DNA of 64,000 nt from Hydrurus foetidus (Eukaryota): the NCBI GenBank assembly GCA_900617105.1, contig UYFQ01000001.1:2790001-2854000 (forward strand), written 5' to 3'. Below the pieces are notes generated by a model, which saw only the letters and a list, made by a program, of their open reading frames with translations, was not told the DNA's origin and made no database searches. This document shows, one piece after another, positions 21,594 to 31,482 of the stretch (positions are counted from its first letter, which is position 1; every line of letters begins with the position of its first letter). Made by a program: the position numbers and the translations under genes.

Positions 21594-22187
21594 TTACACG
21601 GCTACGTGGCAAATGGCAGTTGCCTGTTTAAGCGCCAGTTTAAAAGCTGTGGAGTCTGACTGCGCCTGCGACAACAGCAAGCCGCCTTCCATCAAGGCAA
21701 TGACCAGCAACGCTTTGTCTTTTGCTACACGGGGCGTTAACCCGTCGCGCTGCAGCAGTGCTTCAATCGCGGCAGTTAGCTCGCTGTAAGCCCGCGTAAC
21801 AGCCTGCCTAAGCAGCGGAGAGGTTTTGCGTTCGGCCGAAAAAGCCGCAAACAAGGTACACAACTCGTAGTTGGTTTTTTCCATACCCGTCAGCATTTGC
21901 GCGCCCACTTGCACTACAACAGCTTCAGTACTGCGCGCTCGGCTTTGCGTCAGCAGGTCTGACAAACTGCTGGATATTTTTTCGACTACACAAACGCCTA
22001 TCGCCTCTTTACCCCCCGGAAAGTGGTGGTACAGCGAGCCCTTGGGCGCTTGCGCTGCCTGCAAAATATCGCTCAGGCCCGTGGCGTGGTAGCCGTGCTT
22101 GCGAAACAGGCGCTGCGCTGCTGCCAGCAAGCGGTCGCGCGTGTCCCCGGCAGTTGGTGGCAACGAAATAGGCGCGTTAGATTGCAT
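21594..22187 (-). CDS. TetR family regulator (LmrA/YxaF-like)
   Basis: GYHATGLSDILQAAQAPKGSLYHHFPGGKEAIG HTH; start uncertain (22187 or 22199). Confidence 0.88.
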   Translation of the reverse strand: MQSNAPISLPPTAGDTRDRLLAAAQRLFRKHGYHATGLSDILQAAQAPKGSLYHHFPGGKEAIGVCVVEKISSSLSDLLTQSRARSTEAVVVQVGAQMLTGMEKTNYELCTLFAAFSAERKTSPLLRQAVTRAYSELTAAIEALLQRDGLTPRVAKDKALLVIALMEGGLLLSQAQSDSTAFKLALKQATAICHVAV

Positions 22188-22224
22188 GCAGAGCATCATA
22201 GCAAGGCGGTTTAAAAAATTAAAT

Positions 22225-22244
22225 TAAACCGACCGGTCTAGTTA
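22225..22244. promoter_or_regulatory. Putative TetR operator
   Basis: TAA-ACC-GACCGGTC-TAG-TTA imperfect palindrome in the short divergent intergenic region; resembles the TAGACCRGTCTA-type boxes of LmrA-like TetRs. Confidence 0.6.
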
Positions 22245-22260
22245 GTATTAAACTTGACTC

Positions 22261-23121
22261 ATGTCTATTCAATCACCTTTGCCATTTACGTTGCTGGCTG
22301 CAGACGGCTACCCACTGGCCGCTACGCACTACCCAGCCTCTACCGAGCACTTCATCGTCATGGCCAGCGCCACCGGCGTGCCGCGCGGCTTTTACCGGCG
22401 CTTTGCCGAGTTTGCGCAAGCCCGCGGCATCAACGTTGTCACCACTGACTACCGGGGCATTGGCGACTCCAAACCCGCCACGCTCAAAGGCTTTGACATG
22501 CAGTACGCCGACTGGTCAACGCAAGACCTGGCCGCCGCCGTTGACTACGCCGCAGCACGCGGCAAGGTGTGGCTGGTAGGGCACAGCTTGGGCGGCCACG
22601 CGATTGGCCAGCTGCCTGATGCGAATGTGCTGCAAGCGGCTTACGTGTGCGGCACAGGTGCGGGCTGGCACGGCTGGATGCCGCGGCCCGAGCGCTACCG
22701 CGTGTGGTCAATGTGGAATGTGCTGGGGCCCATCGGCACACGCATTTACGGCTACCACCCCATGAGCAAATTCGGCGCAGGAGAAGACCTGCCCATGGGC
22801 GTGTACCGCGACTGGAAGCGCTGGTGCGCCACACCACATTACTTTTTTGACGACCCCGAGGCAAAAGCGATCACCGACAAGTTTGCAGATGTGCGTATCC
22901 CGATTGCAGCTGCAGTCAGTACCGATGATTTATGGGCACCGCCTGCGTCGCGCGACGCGTTTTTTAAAGGTTATGCCAACGCTGCGGTCGAGGCGATTGA
23001 CTTGCTACCCCGCAGCTTGGGCGTTAAGCAGGTCGGGCACATGGGCTACTTTCGCCCGCAAACGGGAGTTGTGCTTTGGCCTCAGATAGTCGCATGGCTC
23101 CAACAGCACGGTTTGAACTAG
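22261..23121 (+). CDS. Predicted alpha/beta hydrolase
   Basis: SATGVPRGFY; DYRGIGDS; nucleophile GHSLGG; GHMGYF. Confidence 0.85.
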   Translation: MSIQSPLPFTLLAADGYPLAATHYPASTEHFIVMASATGVPRGFYRRFAEFAQARGINVVTTDYRGIGDSKPATLKGFDMQYADWSTQDLAAAVDYAAARGKVWLVGHSLGGHAIGQLPDANVLQAAYVCGTGAGWHGWMPRPERYRVWSMWNVLGPIGTRIYGYHPMSKFGAGEDLPMGVYRDWKRWCATPHYFFDDPEAKAITDKFADVRIPIAAAVSTDDLWAPPASRDAFFKGYANAAVEAIDLLPRSLGVKQVGHMGYFRPQTGVVLWPQIVAWLQQHGLN

Positions 23122-23135
23122 TCAGTTGCTGGATT

Positions 23136-24056
23136 TCAGTCAGTCGATCTAACGCCAAACAAATCAGCCCCATTGCTCCAGCCAATCTTGCGCGCCACGT
23201 CTGGCGGCAAGTCGCCCAGCCATACCCGGTAACCTAACATCAGCTCTTCATAGTATTGCCAACGCTGATTGACCCAGGTGTCTGAGCCGATCATGAAGCG
23301 TGTTGGGTATTTCAACAGCAGCGCGCGCCATTCAGGGCACAGTTTGCCGCCATCACAAGTCAGGCCGGGTCGATACGACAGCTCGCCCATCAGCTGCGGG
23401 TACTTGTTAAACAGCTCATCAACCCGCGCGGCTGGTACGCCGCCAATACCTGTGTGCGCCCAAATCAGCCGTGCATCGGGGGCATGCGCCATCAACAAAT
23501 CAATGGCGGCGGCGTCCACGTGCGCCAGCACCGCCAATTTATTTTTAGCTGCAAACACCATCAGCTTTTTAGCCACCGCACCGTTTGCGTTCGCGCTGTC
23601 GTACAGATGAAATTCGCCAATGCCTTTGAACGGCCCCGCTTGGTCGCCTGCTACGCCGCGTGCAAACTCGGCTTGCACCATGTCGTCAATAGTTTCGTCT
23701 TTAAACCAGCTGTCGTAGTCGGCCCGGTTGCGGTACAGGCGAATAAACGGCACTACCGTCACGCCAGCCTTGCGTGTTTCAGGTGATGCCGCCAACGCCT
23801 TGCTGCCGTCGTTGGGGCGGCTGTTGGCGACGATGGCCTTGACGCCGCTTTTTTGCATGCGTGCCAAAACGTCAGCTAATGGGTGCGGGCCGCTGGCGGC
23901 TTCTTCGTTGTAATGCAGGTGCGCGTCAAACAGCGGGCCGGTGTAGTCAGCGCTGAAAGCAGGCAGCGCAAACGCTATTAAAAAAATAGCTGCTCGCGCC
24001 CGTATTAATTAGTCTACAGGCCTAAAACAAGCTTGAAAAGTGTGTTTTAGAGCCAT
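23136..24056 (-). pseudogene. Secreted amidohydrolase-family protein with in-frame TAA at codon 16
   Basis: ATG 24056 [48 protein letters not shown]...GIGEFH...WAHTG...IGSDT; the HxH motif lies upstream of the track ORF start (23867). Confidence 0.7.
23974..24016 (+). repeat. 43-bp repeat, copy 5 (in amidohydrolase signal peptide)
   Basis: GCTATTAAAAAAATAGCTGCTCGCGCCCGTATTAATTAGTCTA. Confidence 0.85.
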
Positions 24057-24068
24057 TTTTTTGTCTTT

Positions 24069-24758
24069 TTACGACAACTGCTCTGCAAAAAACGCCAGCG
24101 TTCGTGCGCGCGCCAGCGTGGCTGCAGCTTCGTTGTACGAGGCGCGCTGATCGCAATTAAAACCGTGGTCTGCGTCGTAGGTGCGCACCGTGACTTGCAA
24201 GTGCGCAGCCGCAAACGCATGCACACCGTCCATCGGAATGTAATGGTCTTTTTCGCCAAAGTGGGCCAGTACTGGGCAACTGGGCTGGCGCGCAATTTCG
24301 TCAGGCGCTGTCATGCCGCCGCCGTAGTATGGTGCGGCGGCACTTATACCGCTGAGCGTGCAGGCTGCTTGCCAGGTCAGCAAGCCGCCCCAGCAAAACC
24401 CCACCACGCCTACTTTGCCGCCGGTTTGCTCTGCGCCGTAACTGATCGCTGACTGAATGTCTTGCAGAACGCCAGCACCCTGCAGTGCCGTAGCGGCGGC
24501 CTTCAGCGCCATGCCTGCGGTCATGTCAGCGCCTTCATAGCCCAAATTAACGGCTGGCGTAACGCGCTCGAACATGGCGGGCGCAATAGCCAAATAACCC
24601 TGCGCCGCAAAGCGGTCGGCTACAGCCTGAATATGCGAGTTGACGCCGAATATTTCTTGCAGCACCACCACGGCGGCATTGGCGCGCGTTGCGGGCTGGG
24701 CAACGTACACCGGCACATTAAATCCGTCTGGTGACTTCAGGTTGATAAATTGACCCAT
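24069..24758 (-). CDS. Dienelactone hydrolase family protein
   Basis: QEIFGVNSHI; GFCWGG nucleophile; ADHGFNCD; ATG at 24758. Confidence 0.92.
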   Translation of the reverse strand: MGQFINLKSPDGFNVPVYVAQPATRANAAVVVLQEIFGVNSHIQAVADRFAAQGYLAIAPAMFERVTPAVNLGYEGADMTAGMALKAAATALQGAGVLQDIQSAISYGAEQTGGKVGVVGFCWGGLLTWQAACTLSGISAAAPYYGGGMTAPDEIARQPSCPVLAHFGEKDHYIPMDGVHAFAAAHLQVTVRTYDADHGFNCDQRASYNEAAATLARARTLAFFAEQLS

Positions 24759-24832
24759 GGCGTTGACTCCGGTTGACAATAAGGTGAAGTACATTGTTAT
24801 CGCAAACTTGCGCTACGCATAGGGACACGATT

Positions 24833-25579
24833 GTGGAGAAGATTCTTTTGGTTACCGGCGCATCGCGCGGCATTGGCGCAGCCACTGCTGTGCTGGCCGC
24901 TGAGCACGGCTACGCAGTGGCAGTGAACTACACCGCTAACTCATTAGCAGCCGACGAGGTAGTGCGCCTGATCCGCGCCAGCGGCGGCACGACCATCACC
25001 GTGCAAGCGGATGTGTCGGTTGAAGCCGACGTACTGGCCATGTTCAAAAAAGTAGACGCCAAGCTGGGCCGCCTGACGGCACTGGTCAACAACGCTGGCG
25101 TGGTCGACCAGGTCAGCCGGGTCGACGCCATAAGCCTGGAGCGCCTGCAGCGTATGTTTGCGGTAAATGTATTTGGCTCATTTCTTTGCGCGCGCGAAGC
25201 CGTCAAGCGCATGAGCAAGCTATATGGCGGCGCAGGCGGCGCGATTGTCAATGTATCAAGCGCAGCAGCGCGCATTGGTTCGCCCGGCCAGTGTGTGGAC
25301 TACGCATCGGCCAAAGGCGCCATCGACACCTTCACGCAAGGCTTGGCCAAAGAGGTGGCCACCGAGGGCATTCGCGTGAACGCAGTGCGGCCTGGCATTA
25401 TTGACACCGACATTCACGCATCGGGCGGCTTGCCCAACCGCGCACGCGAAGTAGCGCCGCAAGTGCCGATGCAGCGCGCAGGCAGCAGCGCGGAAGTGGC
25501 AGAGGCTATTTTGTGGCTGCTGGGCGAAAAATCGAGCTACGCCACGGGTGCCATCATTGACGTGGCGGGTGGCAGGTAA
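24833..25579 (+). CDS. Short-chain dehydrogenase/reductase
   Basis: TGASRGIG; NNAG; YASAK catalytic motif; GTG at 24833. Confidence 0.92.
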   Translation: MEKILLVTGASRGIGAATAVLAAEHGYAVAVNYTANSLAADEVVRLIRASGGTTITVQADVSVEADVLAMFKKVDAKLGRLTALVNNAGVVDQVSRVDAISLERLQRMFAVNVFGSFLCAREAVKRMSKLYGGAGGAIVNVSSAAARIGSPGQCVDYASAKGAIDTFTQGLAKEVATEGIRVNAVRPGIIDTDIHASGGLPNRAREVAPQVPMQRAGSSAEVAEAILWLLGEKSSYATGAIIDVAGGR

Positions 25580-25647
25580 ATGTCTACGGGCGTTGTCTCT
25601 TTGAGGACGTATTGCAGGCACATCAACACATTTAACAAAGCAATTTA

Positions 25648-26283
25648 ATGGACTTCAAACCCCTAGTCACCCTACTGGCCATCGTCAACCCGCTGGCGAT
25701 AGTGCCGTTTTTTATTCACTACACACAGGGCTTTTCACGCGAGCAAAAGCGGCGCACGATCTGGATTTCGTCTTTCAGCGCGTTTGTAGTGATTGCCATC
25801 AGCGCGCTGCTGGGTTTGCAGATTTTGAATTTTTTCGGCATCTCGCTCGCCAGTTTTCAAGTAGGCGGCGGCATGCTGCTGCTGATCAGCGCCATGAACA
25901 TGCTAAACGCCCAACCCGCTGAAGCCAAGCCGCAAACCCACGACATGGAAGACGGCGCAGCCAAAGCCGCGATGGGTGCCAGCATTGCGGTGGTGCCACT
26001 GACCATTCCGCTGCTGACTGGCCCGGCCACCATGTCAACAGTCGTGATTTACGCTGAAAAAGCCAAGACGTATTTGCAACTGGGCACGCTGGTGGGCTAC
26101 GGCGTGGTGATTGCGTTGGCCACGGCGTTGTGCTTTTCGTTGGCCCAGCCGATCGCCCGCGTGCTGGGCCGCACCGGCATTAACGTGATGACGCGGCTGA
26201 TGGGTTTGATACTCGCCGCGTTGGCAGTGGAAGTGATGGCCGATGGGCTGGGCAAGTTGTTTCCGCTGCTGATGAAGGGCTGA
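25648..26283 (+). CDS. MarC family membrane protein
   Basis: IVNPL; AVVPLTIPLLTGPA; TRLMGLIL motifs. Confidence 0.9.
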   Translation: MDFKPLVTLLAIVNPLAIVPFFIHYTQGFSREQKRRTIWISSFSAFVVIAISALLGLQILNFFGISLASFQVGGGMLLLISAMNMLNAQPAEAKPQTHDMEDGAAKAAMGASIAVVPLTIPLLTGPATMSTVVIYAEKAKTYLQLGTLVGYGVVIALATALCFSLAQPIARVLGRTGINVMTRLMGLILAALAVEVMADGLGKLFPLLMKG

Positions 26284-26300
26284 TCTAAGCCGATGAAGCG

Positions 26301-27005
26301 ATGAGCAACCCGCACGTTTTACTGGTCGAAGACGACCCGGCGATTGCCCGCTCGGTGGTGTACACCCTTGAACGGGACGGATTGCTCGTTACGCACAGCT
26401 TGCAGTTGCTGGACGCGCGCAGGCAACTGGCGCTGCGCCTGCCTGATATTTTGATTCTGGACATTGGCCTGCCAGACGGAAGCGGGCTGGATTGGTGCAA
26501 GCAGTTGCGCAGCGATGCAACAAGCCGCAACTTGCCGATTTTGATATTGAGCGCGCAGGGCGAAGAAATTGACCGCGTGCTGGGCCTGGAGCTGGGCGCT
26601 GATGATTACGTGACCAAGCCGTTCAGCCCGCGCGAATTGCTGGCGCGTGTGCGCAGCATGCTCAGGCGGTCGCGCATGATGCCGCCTGAACCCTTGAAGC
26701 CCACAGCAGCCGTGTCAAGCGCCGTATTCACGATGGACGCGCCAGGCCAGCGGGTGAGCCTGAACAACCAATTGCTGCACTTGACGCGGCGCGAATTTGG
26801 TTTGCTGGCTGACCTGCTGCAGCACCGCGGGCGCATCCGCTCGCGCGATGCTTTGCTGTCTGCCGTGTGGGGCACGGACACCGACAGCACTGACCGCACG
26901 GTAGACACGCACATCAAAACGCTGCGCGCCAAGCTGCTGCAACTGGACGGCGCGAATGACTGCATCGTGACGCACAGAGGCATGGGGTATTCCATTGAGG
27001 TCTAA
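26301..27005 (+). CDS. creB: OmpR-family response regulator, CreB-like
   Basis: REC plus winged helix; DSTDRTVDTHIKTLRAKL and THRGMGYS are CreB-like; creD and a cre-tag lie in the same window. Confidence 0.75.
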   Translation: MSNPHVLLVEDDPAIARSVVYTLERDGLLVTHSLQLLDARRQLALRLPDILILDIGLPDGSGLDWCKQLRSDATSRNLPILILSAQGEEIDRVLGLELGADDYVTKPFSPRELLARVRSMLRRSRMMPPEPLKPTAAVSSAVFTMDAPGQRVSLNNQLLHLTRREFGLLADLLQHRGRIRSRDALLSAVWGTDTDSTDRTVDTHIKTLRAKLLQLDGANDCIVTHRGMGYSIEV

Positions 27006-27129
27006 CGCAGCAACTGGACAAGCGCGACTGGGGTATTTCGTTGAAACAAGTTCGACCTCGGTGTGACTTGATATGTACTTGTTTTAATGGAACGAACTAC
27101 TAGCCCCCCGGGTTTGCCCCGGCCCCTTT

Positions 27130-27578
27130 TGGCAGACAGAAGGTCGTTGACGGTGATGAGTATTTGTTCGGCAAGCTTGTGTTCTTCCAGGCGATGGCGA
27201 AACCGCAGGATGGTGGACTCGTCAGGCATCCGCGCAAACTCCTCAAGCTGAGCAAACTCACGGTACCGCGGGGTGTCAAAGAAGGCCTCTTTCATGGCCT
27301 GCTCTGAAAGGGTGAACCGTTGCTGTATGGAGTGGGTGCGCAGCATGGTCATCAAGGGAAATAGCGGGCGACCATTATTGCTTTCTGGGTAGTACGGGGC
27401 GATCAGCGCAATCAAGTCAGCGCAGGGGACCACTTGCTCCATTTGCTCAAGAAACACTTGCTTGCGGGTCTTCTGAAGCTTGAGATCAAGAGGCAAAGTG
27501 GCTTGCTTCATGCTATGTATTTTATAGCGGCAAGAAGTTTCCGTCTGCATATTTCATGGGGGGTTATGCAGAGTTTCC
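27130..27578 (-). mobile_element. IS5-family insertion sequence remnant (left end plus 5' part of transposase)
   Basis: CTAG (27579-27582) abuts terminal GGAAACTCTGCATAAC; ORF from ATG 27511 MKQATL...TRKQVFLEQMEQVVP...PDESTILRFRHRLE, breaking off before the DDE core. Confidence 0.85.
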
Positions 27579-27717
27579 CTAGAGAAAAACCAGAATAGCA
27601 ATTACTCAAATTGAATGAATTGTCCTACAACTAATTGGTGAATAAACTAGATTGCTGACAACGATTCGTGAAGTCAGCAAGCCCGACATTTAAACCAAAA
27701 TAACTGAGACCAATGAA

Positions 27718-28731
27718 ATGAAAAAAACTATTTTTACGCTGGCGGCGTTGACCGTTGTTAGTGGTTCGTATGCACAATCGACCGTTACACTTTACGGAAA
27801 AATCGATGCGGCCCTTCAGAGCAAAAGTACAACCGGGGCACCCGCCTCGGGCTTACTAATCAACTCAGGAGGGCTTGACACAAGCCGTTGGGGCTTGAAA
27901 GGATCTGAGGACCTAGGCGGTGGCTTAAAAGCTAATTTTCAGTTGGAAAGTGGATTTAGTGTGGATACAGGCGCTGTTCGGGGCGCTAGCACCCTCTTTT
28001 CAAGAGTTTCCATGATTGGCTTGACGGGTGGGTTCGGTACGATAAGTACTGGTCTTCAATGGACACCCTATGACAACGGCTTTTTGGATGCACTGGACTA
28101 TTCAGGTGCATCCGCCATGAACGCTGCTTTTTATGCTGGTGCACACGGTGATAACGGCAATACGGGCTGGGGCAATGCGAAGAATTCGATTCAGTATGCT
28201 ACGCCAGATCTGAATGGTTTCATTGCCACTGTGATGTACGCTCCGGGGGAAGATGCCGCTACCGGTCTCAGCGCCAGTCGTTACACAGGCTTTGGACTAA
28301 GTTACGCAGCGGGTCCCTTCAATGCATCTCTCGCACAGGAGACAGCCACTCAAAAGGGCACCAGAGCCAACACAAATGCTTGGATTTTGGCTGCATCGTA
28401 TGACTTGAAAAGTGTGAAGTTGTTTAGCTCTTACGAGCGAGCAACGAATAGGACAGCCAATGGAGGAGACGACGCAGGCTGGTCAATTGGTGCATCCATG
28501 CCGATTGGTTCAGCTATGAGTTTGGCCGCCAGTTATGCGCGCGAATCCACCAAGAATGCAACGGGCACAACAGCTAATGCGGACACGACGGCCTTTGGGA
28601 CACGATTGGTTTACAACCTGAGCAAACGCACCAATGTCTACGGGGCATATCTCAGGAGCGATTACTCTCCGATTTCAGGTGCAGGCGTAACAAGCAGCAC
28701 GCTGAGTCTCGGTCTGCGACACAGTTTTTGA
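27718..28731 (+). CDS. Gram-negative porin (OmpC/Omp32-like)
   Basis: Signal peptide; AQSTVTLYG; SRWGLKGSEDLGGGLKANFQLESG; YNLSKRT; terminal GLRHSF. Confidence 0.93.
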   Translation: MKKTIFTLAALTVVSGSYAQSTVTLYGKIDAALQSKSTTGAPASGLLINSGGLDTSRWGLKGSEDLGGGLKANFQLESGFSVDTGAVRGASTLFSRVSMIGLTGGFGTISTGLQWTPYDNGFLDALDYSGASAMNAAFYAGAHGDNGNTGWGNAKNSIQYATPDLNGFIATVMYAPGEDAATGLSASRYTGFGLSYAAGPFNASLAQETATQKGTRANTNAWILAASYDLKSVKLFSSYERATNRTANGGDDAGWSIGASMPIGSAMSLAASYARESTKNATGTTANADTTAFGTRLVYNLSKRTNVYGAYLRSDYSPISGAGVTSSTLSLGLRHSF

Positions 28732-28774
28732 ACTGCCCGCTGGGAACGCCAGCGGAAAGGTTTAAGCTTTGATA

Positions 28775-28804
28775 AGCCCGCTGCGTTTCTGCAGCGGGCT
28801 CTTT
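28775..28804 (+). terminator. Intrinsic terminator after porin
   Basis: AGCCCGCTGC-GTTTCT-GCAGCGGGCT then CTTT. Confidence 0.7.
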
Positions 28805-28957
28805 AGTGTTAAATTGAAAAATCTGGGTTTAACAACGACTTCAAGAATTATTCGTAGCTTTCGAAATAAATGGCGGCTTTGTTTACACCCTAGCTAAAAT
28901 CTAGCTTCTTCCCTGTTGACTCAAATTCGTTAAGCCGCGACATCCACGCTTCAATTC

Positions 28958-29860
28958 GTGAAACGACTACCTCCACTCAACGCCCTCAGAGCGTTCTCAA
29001 CTGCAGCTCAGGCAGGAAGCTTTACAAAAGCCGGCCAAGAAATGCATGTGACACAAGGCGCTATCAGCAGGCAGGTGAAATTGCTAGAGGCGTCAATAGA
29101 AACAAGTCTGTTTGTCCGAATTCATCAATCGATCATTTTGACGCCTACTGGGCGGGAGTTGGCCGATGTATTGGCGAAGGCATTTGGACTGATGGAGATT
29201 GCAGTGGAAAAGGCAAGGGAATCACAATCAAGAAAGCTACTTGCCATCAACGTTCCTCCCACGTTTGCAACTCGATGGCTGGCGCCTCGCCTTTCAGATT
29301 TTCGTAGCAAGCACCCTATGATTGACCTGTCAATCACAACTGATGTAATCCGAAATGCAAAAGGGCTCCGTCATCACGATTGCCTGGTGGTATTTGACCA
29401 GATGGCTTGGCCCAAGATGAAGTGTGAACTCCTTATGCTGGAGCGGCACGTCATGGCTTGCAGTCCCGATCTTTGGCGCAACAACGTGCCACCGTCTCTG
29501 GACAGTGCGACCCTGCTGCACATCCTAGACGGCGAACAAAGGCTTCCTGTTTGGGAGCAATGGATCGCCATACATGGCGCCAGCCATGTAGATACCCAAC
29601 CAGGCCTCAATTTCAGCACGCTTGACCAAGCCATCAGTGCCTCAGTAGCCGGTGCCGGCGTCGTTATTGTCGACAAAACCATGATTGTCAAAGAACTCAA
29701 TTCCGGCTTGCTGAGAAGATTTGACGCACGGCAGGCAGATGGTCCGTGTGGCTACTGGTTCATTGACGTCACTCACAACGCAGAGCGAAAAGACTTAATT
29801 TCTGTTTTTCAAGAGTGGTTGCTGGGGCAAATTCAATGGGCTACTGCCTCCGAATCCTGA
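28958..29860 (+). CDS. LysR-family regulator, GcvA-like
   Basis: LPPLNALRAF...SFTKAGQEMHVTQGAISRQVKLLE; PTFATRWLAPRL. Confidence 0.92.
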   Translation: MKRLPPLNALRAFSTAAQAGSFTKAGQEMHVTQGAISRQVKLLEASIETSLFVRIHQSIILTPTGRELADVLAKAFGLMEIAVEKARESQSRKLLAINVPPTFATRWLAPRLSDFRSKHPMIDLSITTDVIRNAKGLRHHDCLVVFDQMAWPKMKCELLMLERHVMACSPDLWRNNVPPSLDSATLLHILDGEQRLPVWEQWIAIHGASHVDTQPGLNFSTLDQAISASVAGAGVVIVDKTMIVKELNSGLLRRFDARQADGPCGYWFIDVTHNAERKDLISVFQEWLLGQIQWATASES

Positions 29861-29870
29861 GCTGATCGCT

Positions 29871-31478
29871 TCAGCAAGTCGCGCGCCGAGCCAACACCTC
29901 GTCCAACCAGTCTGTTCGCATCTCTGGAACCGAGGCGATCAATTTTTCCGTGTAGGGATGAAACGGCGGTGAAAAAATAGTTTTGGTGGGTCCCTCGGCA
30001 ACGAACTCGCCCTTGAACATCACAGCAGTTCGGTGTGCTATACGCCGCACCACGCCCAGATCGTGCGTTATGAACAGGTAAGCAACGCCCAATTCGTCTT
30101 GCAATTTCTTAAGCAGTTTCAAGATTTCGTCTGCCACCAGCGGATCAAGCGCTGATGTGGGCTCGTCGCAGATGATCAGTTTGGGTTTTGCAGCGAGTGC
30201 GCGTGCAATGCAGATGCGCTGCTTCTGTCCGCCTGATAAGGCCGTCGACCATCGATCCGCATAATTTACAGGAAGTCCGACCAGCGTCAATAACTCAGCG
30301 ACGCGTTGCTTGACCTCTGATGACGGAAGTCCGAAATAGAAGCTAACAGGTCGACCGATGATTTCTCCAATCGTCTGGCGGGGATTCAAGGCGACGTCAG
30401 GTAGCTGATAGATGAGTTGAACCTGACGCAACTGCTCCCGGCTACGGTTTTTGTAAGAGGAAGCCAGACTGACGCCGCGAAGGAGTACGTCCCCGCTTGA
30501 ACGTGGCAAAAGTCCAGCGACCAATCTGGCCAACGAGCTTTTTCCAGAACCCGACTCGCCCACCACCGCAACCGTCTCTCCATGGCCCACCACAAGCGAT
30601 ACGCCGCGCACGACAACTGTCGGGCCATAGGCCCCGACCACTTGCGAGATATTCAGAACATCTTCGCGAGGCCCAGTCTGAATGGTCACGCCGATGTGCT
30701 CGCCAGCGCTCCGTTCCGCCACCAAAGCGGTGGTGTAGGGCTGTTGCGGGCGATGCAAAATCTGCTCTGTGGAGCCAATCTCCACCATTTTCCCATGGCG
30801 CAGAACCAGGATGCGATCAGCAACCTGGGCCACAACCGCCAGATCGTGCGTAATGTAGAGGGCCGCCATGTTGTGGTCGCGGATCAGCTTTTTCAGCAGA
30901 GCCAGAACTTCAATCTGGGTCGTTACGTCCAACGCCGTGGTCGGCTCATCCAGCACCAGCACGTCAGGCCGACAAGACATGGCCATGACCGCCATCGCTC
31001 GCTGAAGTTGGCCGCCGGATACCTGGTGTGGATAGCGGTCACCAAAATGATCGGGGTCTGGCAGATCAAGTGCCTTGAATAGCTCCAGGGCCCAGGCCCG
31101 GGCAGCTGGTCGGCTCATCAGTCCGTGCTTGATGGGCATTTCGCACACTTGGTCCATCAGCGTGTGGGCCGGGTTAAATGAAGCCGCCGCACTTTGGGCA
31201 ATGTAGGCAATTCTCTCACCACGTATCGCTCTCCTGCTGTCGTAGCACAGGTCACGAGCAGAGATGCCGTCAACCACCACTTTCCCGCCAGTAATGCGGC
31301 ATCCCGCGCGCGCATAAACCATGGAGGCGAGTCCGATCGTCGATTTACCGGCTCCACTTTCCCCTATGAGGCCCAGGACCTCACCGCGGTTGAGCAACAG
31401 TGATACGCCGTCAACCAGCACCGTGCCTGCGATGCTTTCAACATGCAAGTTGTCAATTTCAAGGTAGATTTCGGACAT
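29871..31478 (-). CDS. Peptide/nickel-type ABC transporter ATP-binding protein (fused double ATPase)
   Basis: Walker A GESGAGKS and GESGSGKS; signatures VSGGQ and LSGGQ; DEPT; ATG at 31478. Confidence 0.93.
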   Translation of the reverse strand: MSEIYLEIDNLHVESIAGTVLVDGVSLLLNRGEVLGLIGESGAGKSTIGLASMVYARAGCRITGGKVVVDGISARDLCYDSRRAIRGERIAYIAQSAAASFNPAHTLMDQVCEMPIKHGLMSRPAARAWALELFKALDLPDPDHFGDRYPHQVSGGQLQRAMAVMAMSCRPDVLVLDEPTTALDVTTQIEVLALLKKLIRDHNMAALYITHDLAVVAQVADRILVLRHGKMVEIGSTEQILHRPQQPYTTALVAERSAGEHIGVTIQTGPREDVLNISQVVGAYGPTVVVRGVSLVVGHGETVAVVGESGSGKSSLARLVAGLLPRSSGDVLLRGVSLASSYKNRSREQLRQVQLIYQLPDVALNPRQTIGEIIGRPVSFYFGLPSSEVKQRVAELLTLVGLPVNYADRWSTALSGGQKQRICIARALAAKPKLIICDEPTSALDPLVADEILKLLKKLQDELGVAYLFITHDLGVVRRIAHRTAVMFKGEFVAEGPTKTIFSPPFHPYTEKLIASVPEMRTDWLDEVLARRATC

Positions 31479-31482
31479 TGGT

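Noticed and set aside
27006..27129. 5' end of creC or a second IS end after creB
   Set aside because: Only a weak RLG-like string without a start codon; I found no inverted repeat or direct repeat matching the island's right end
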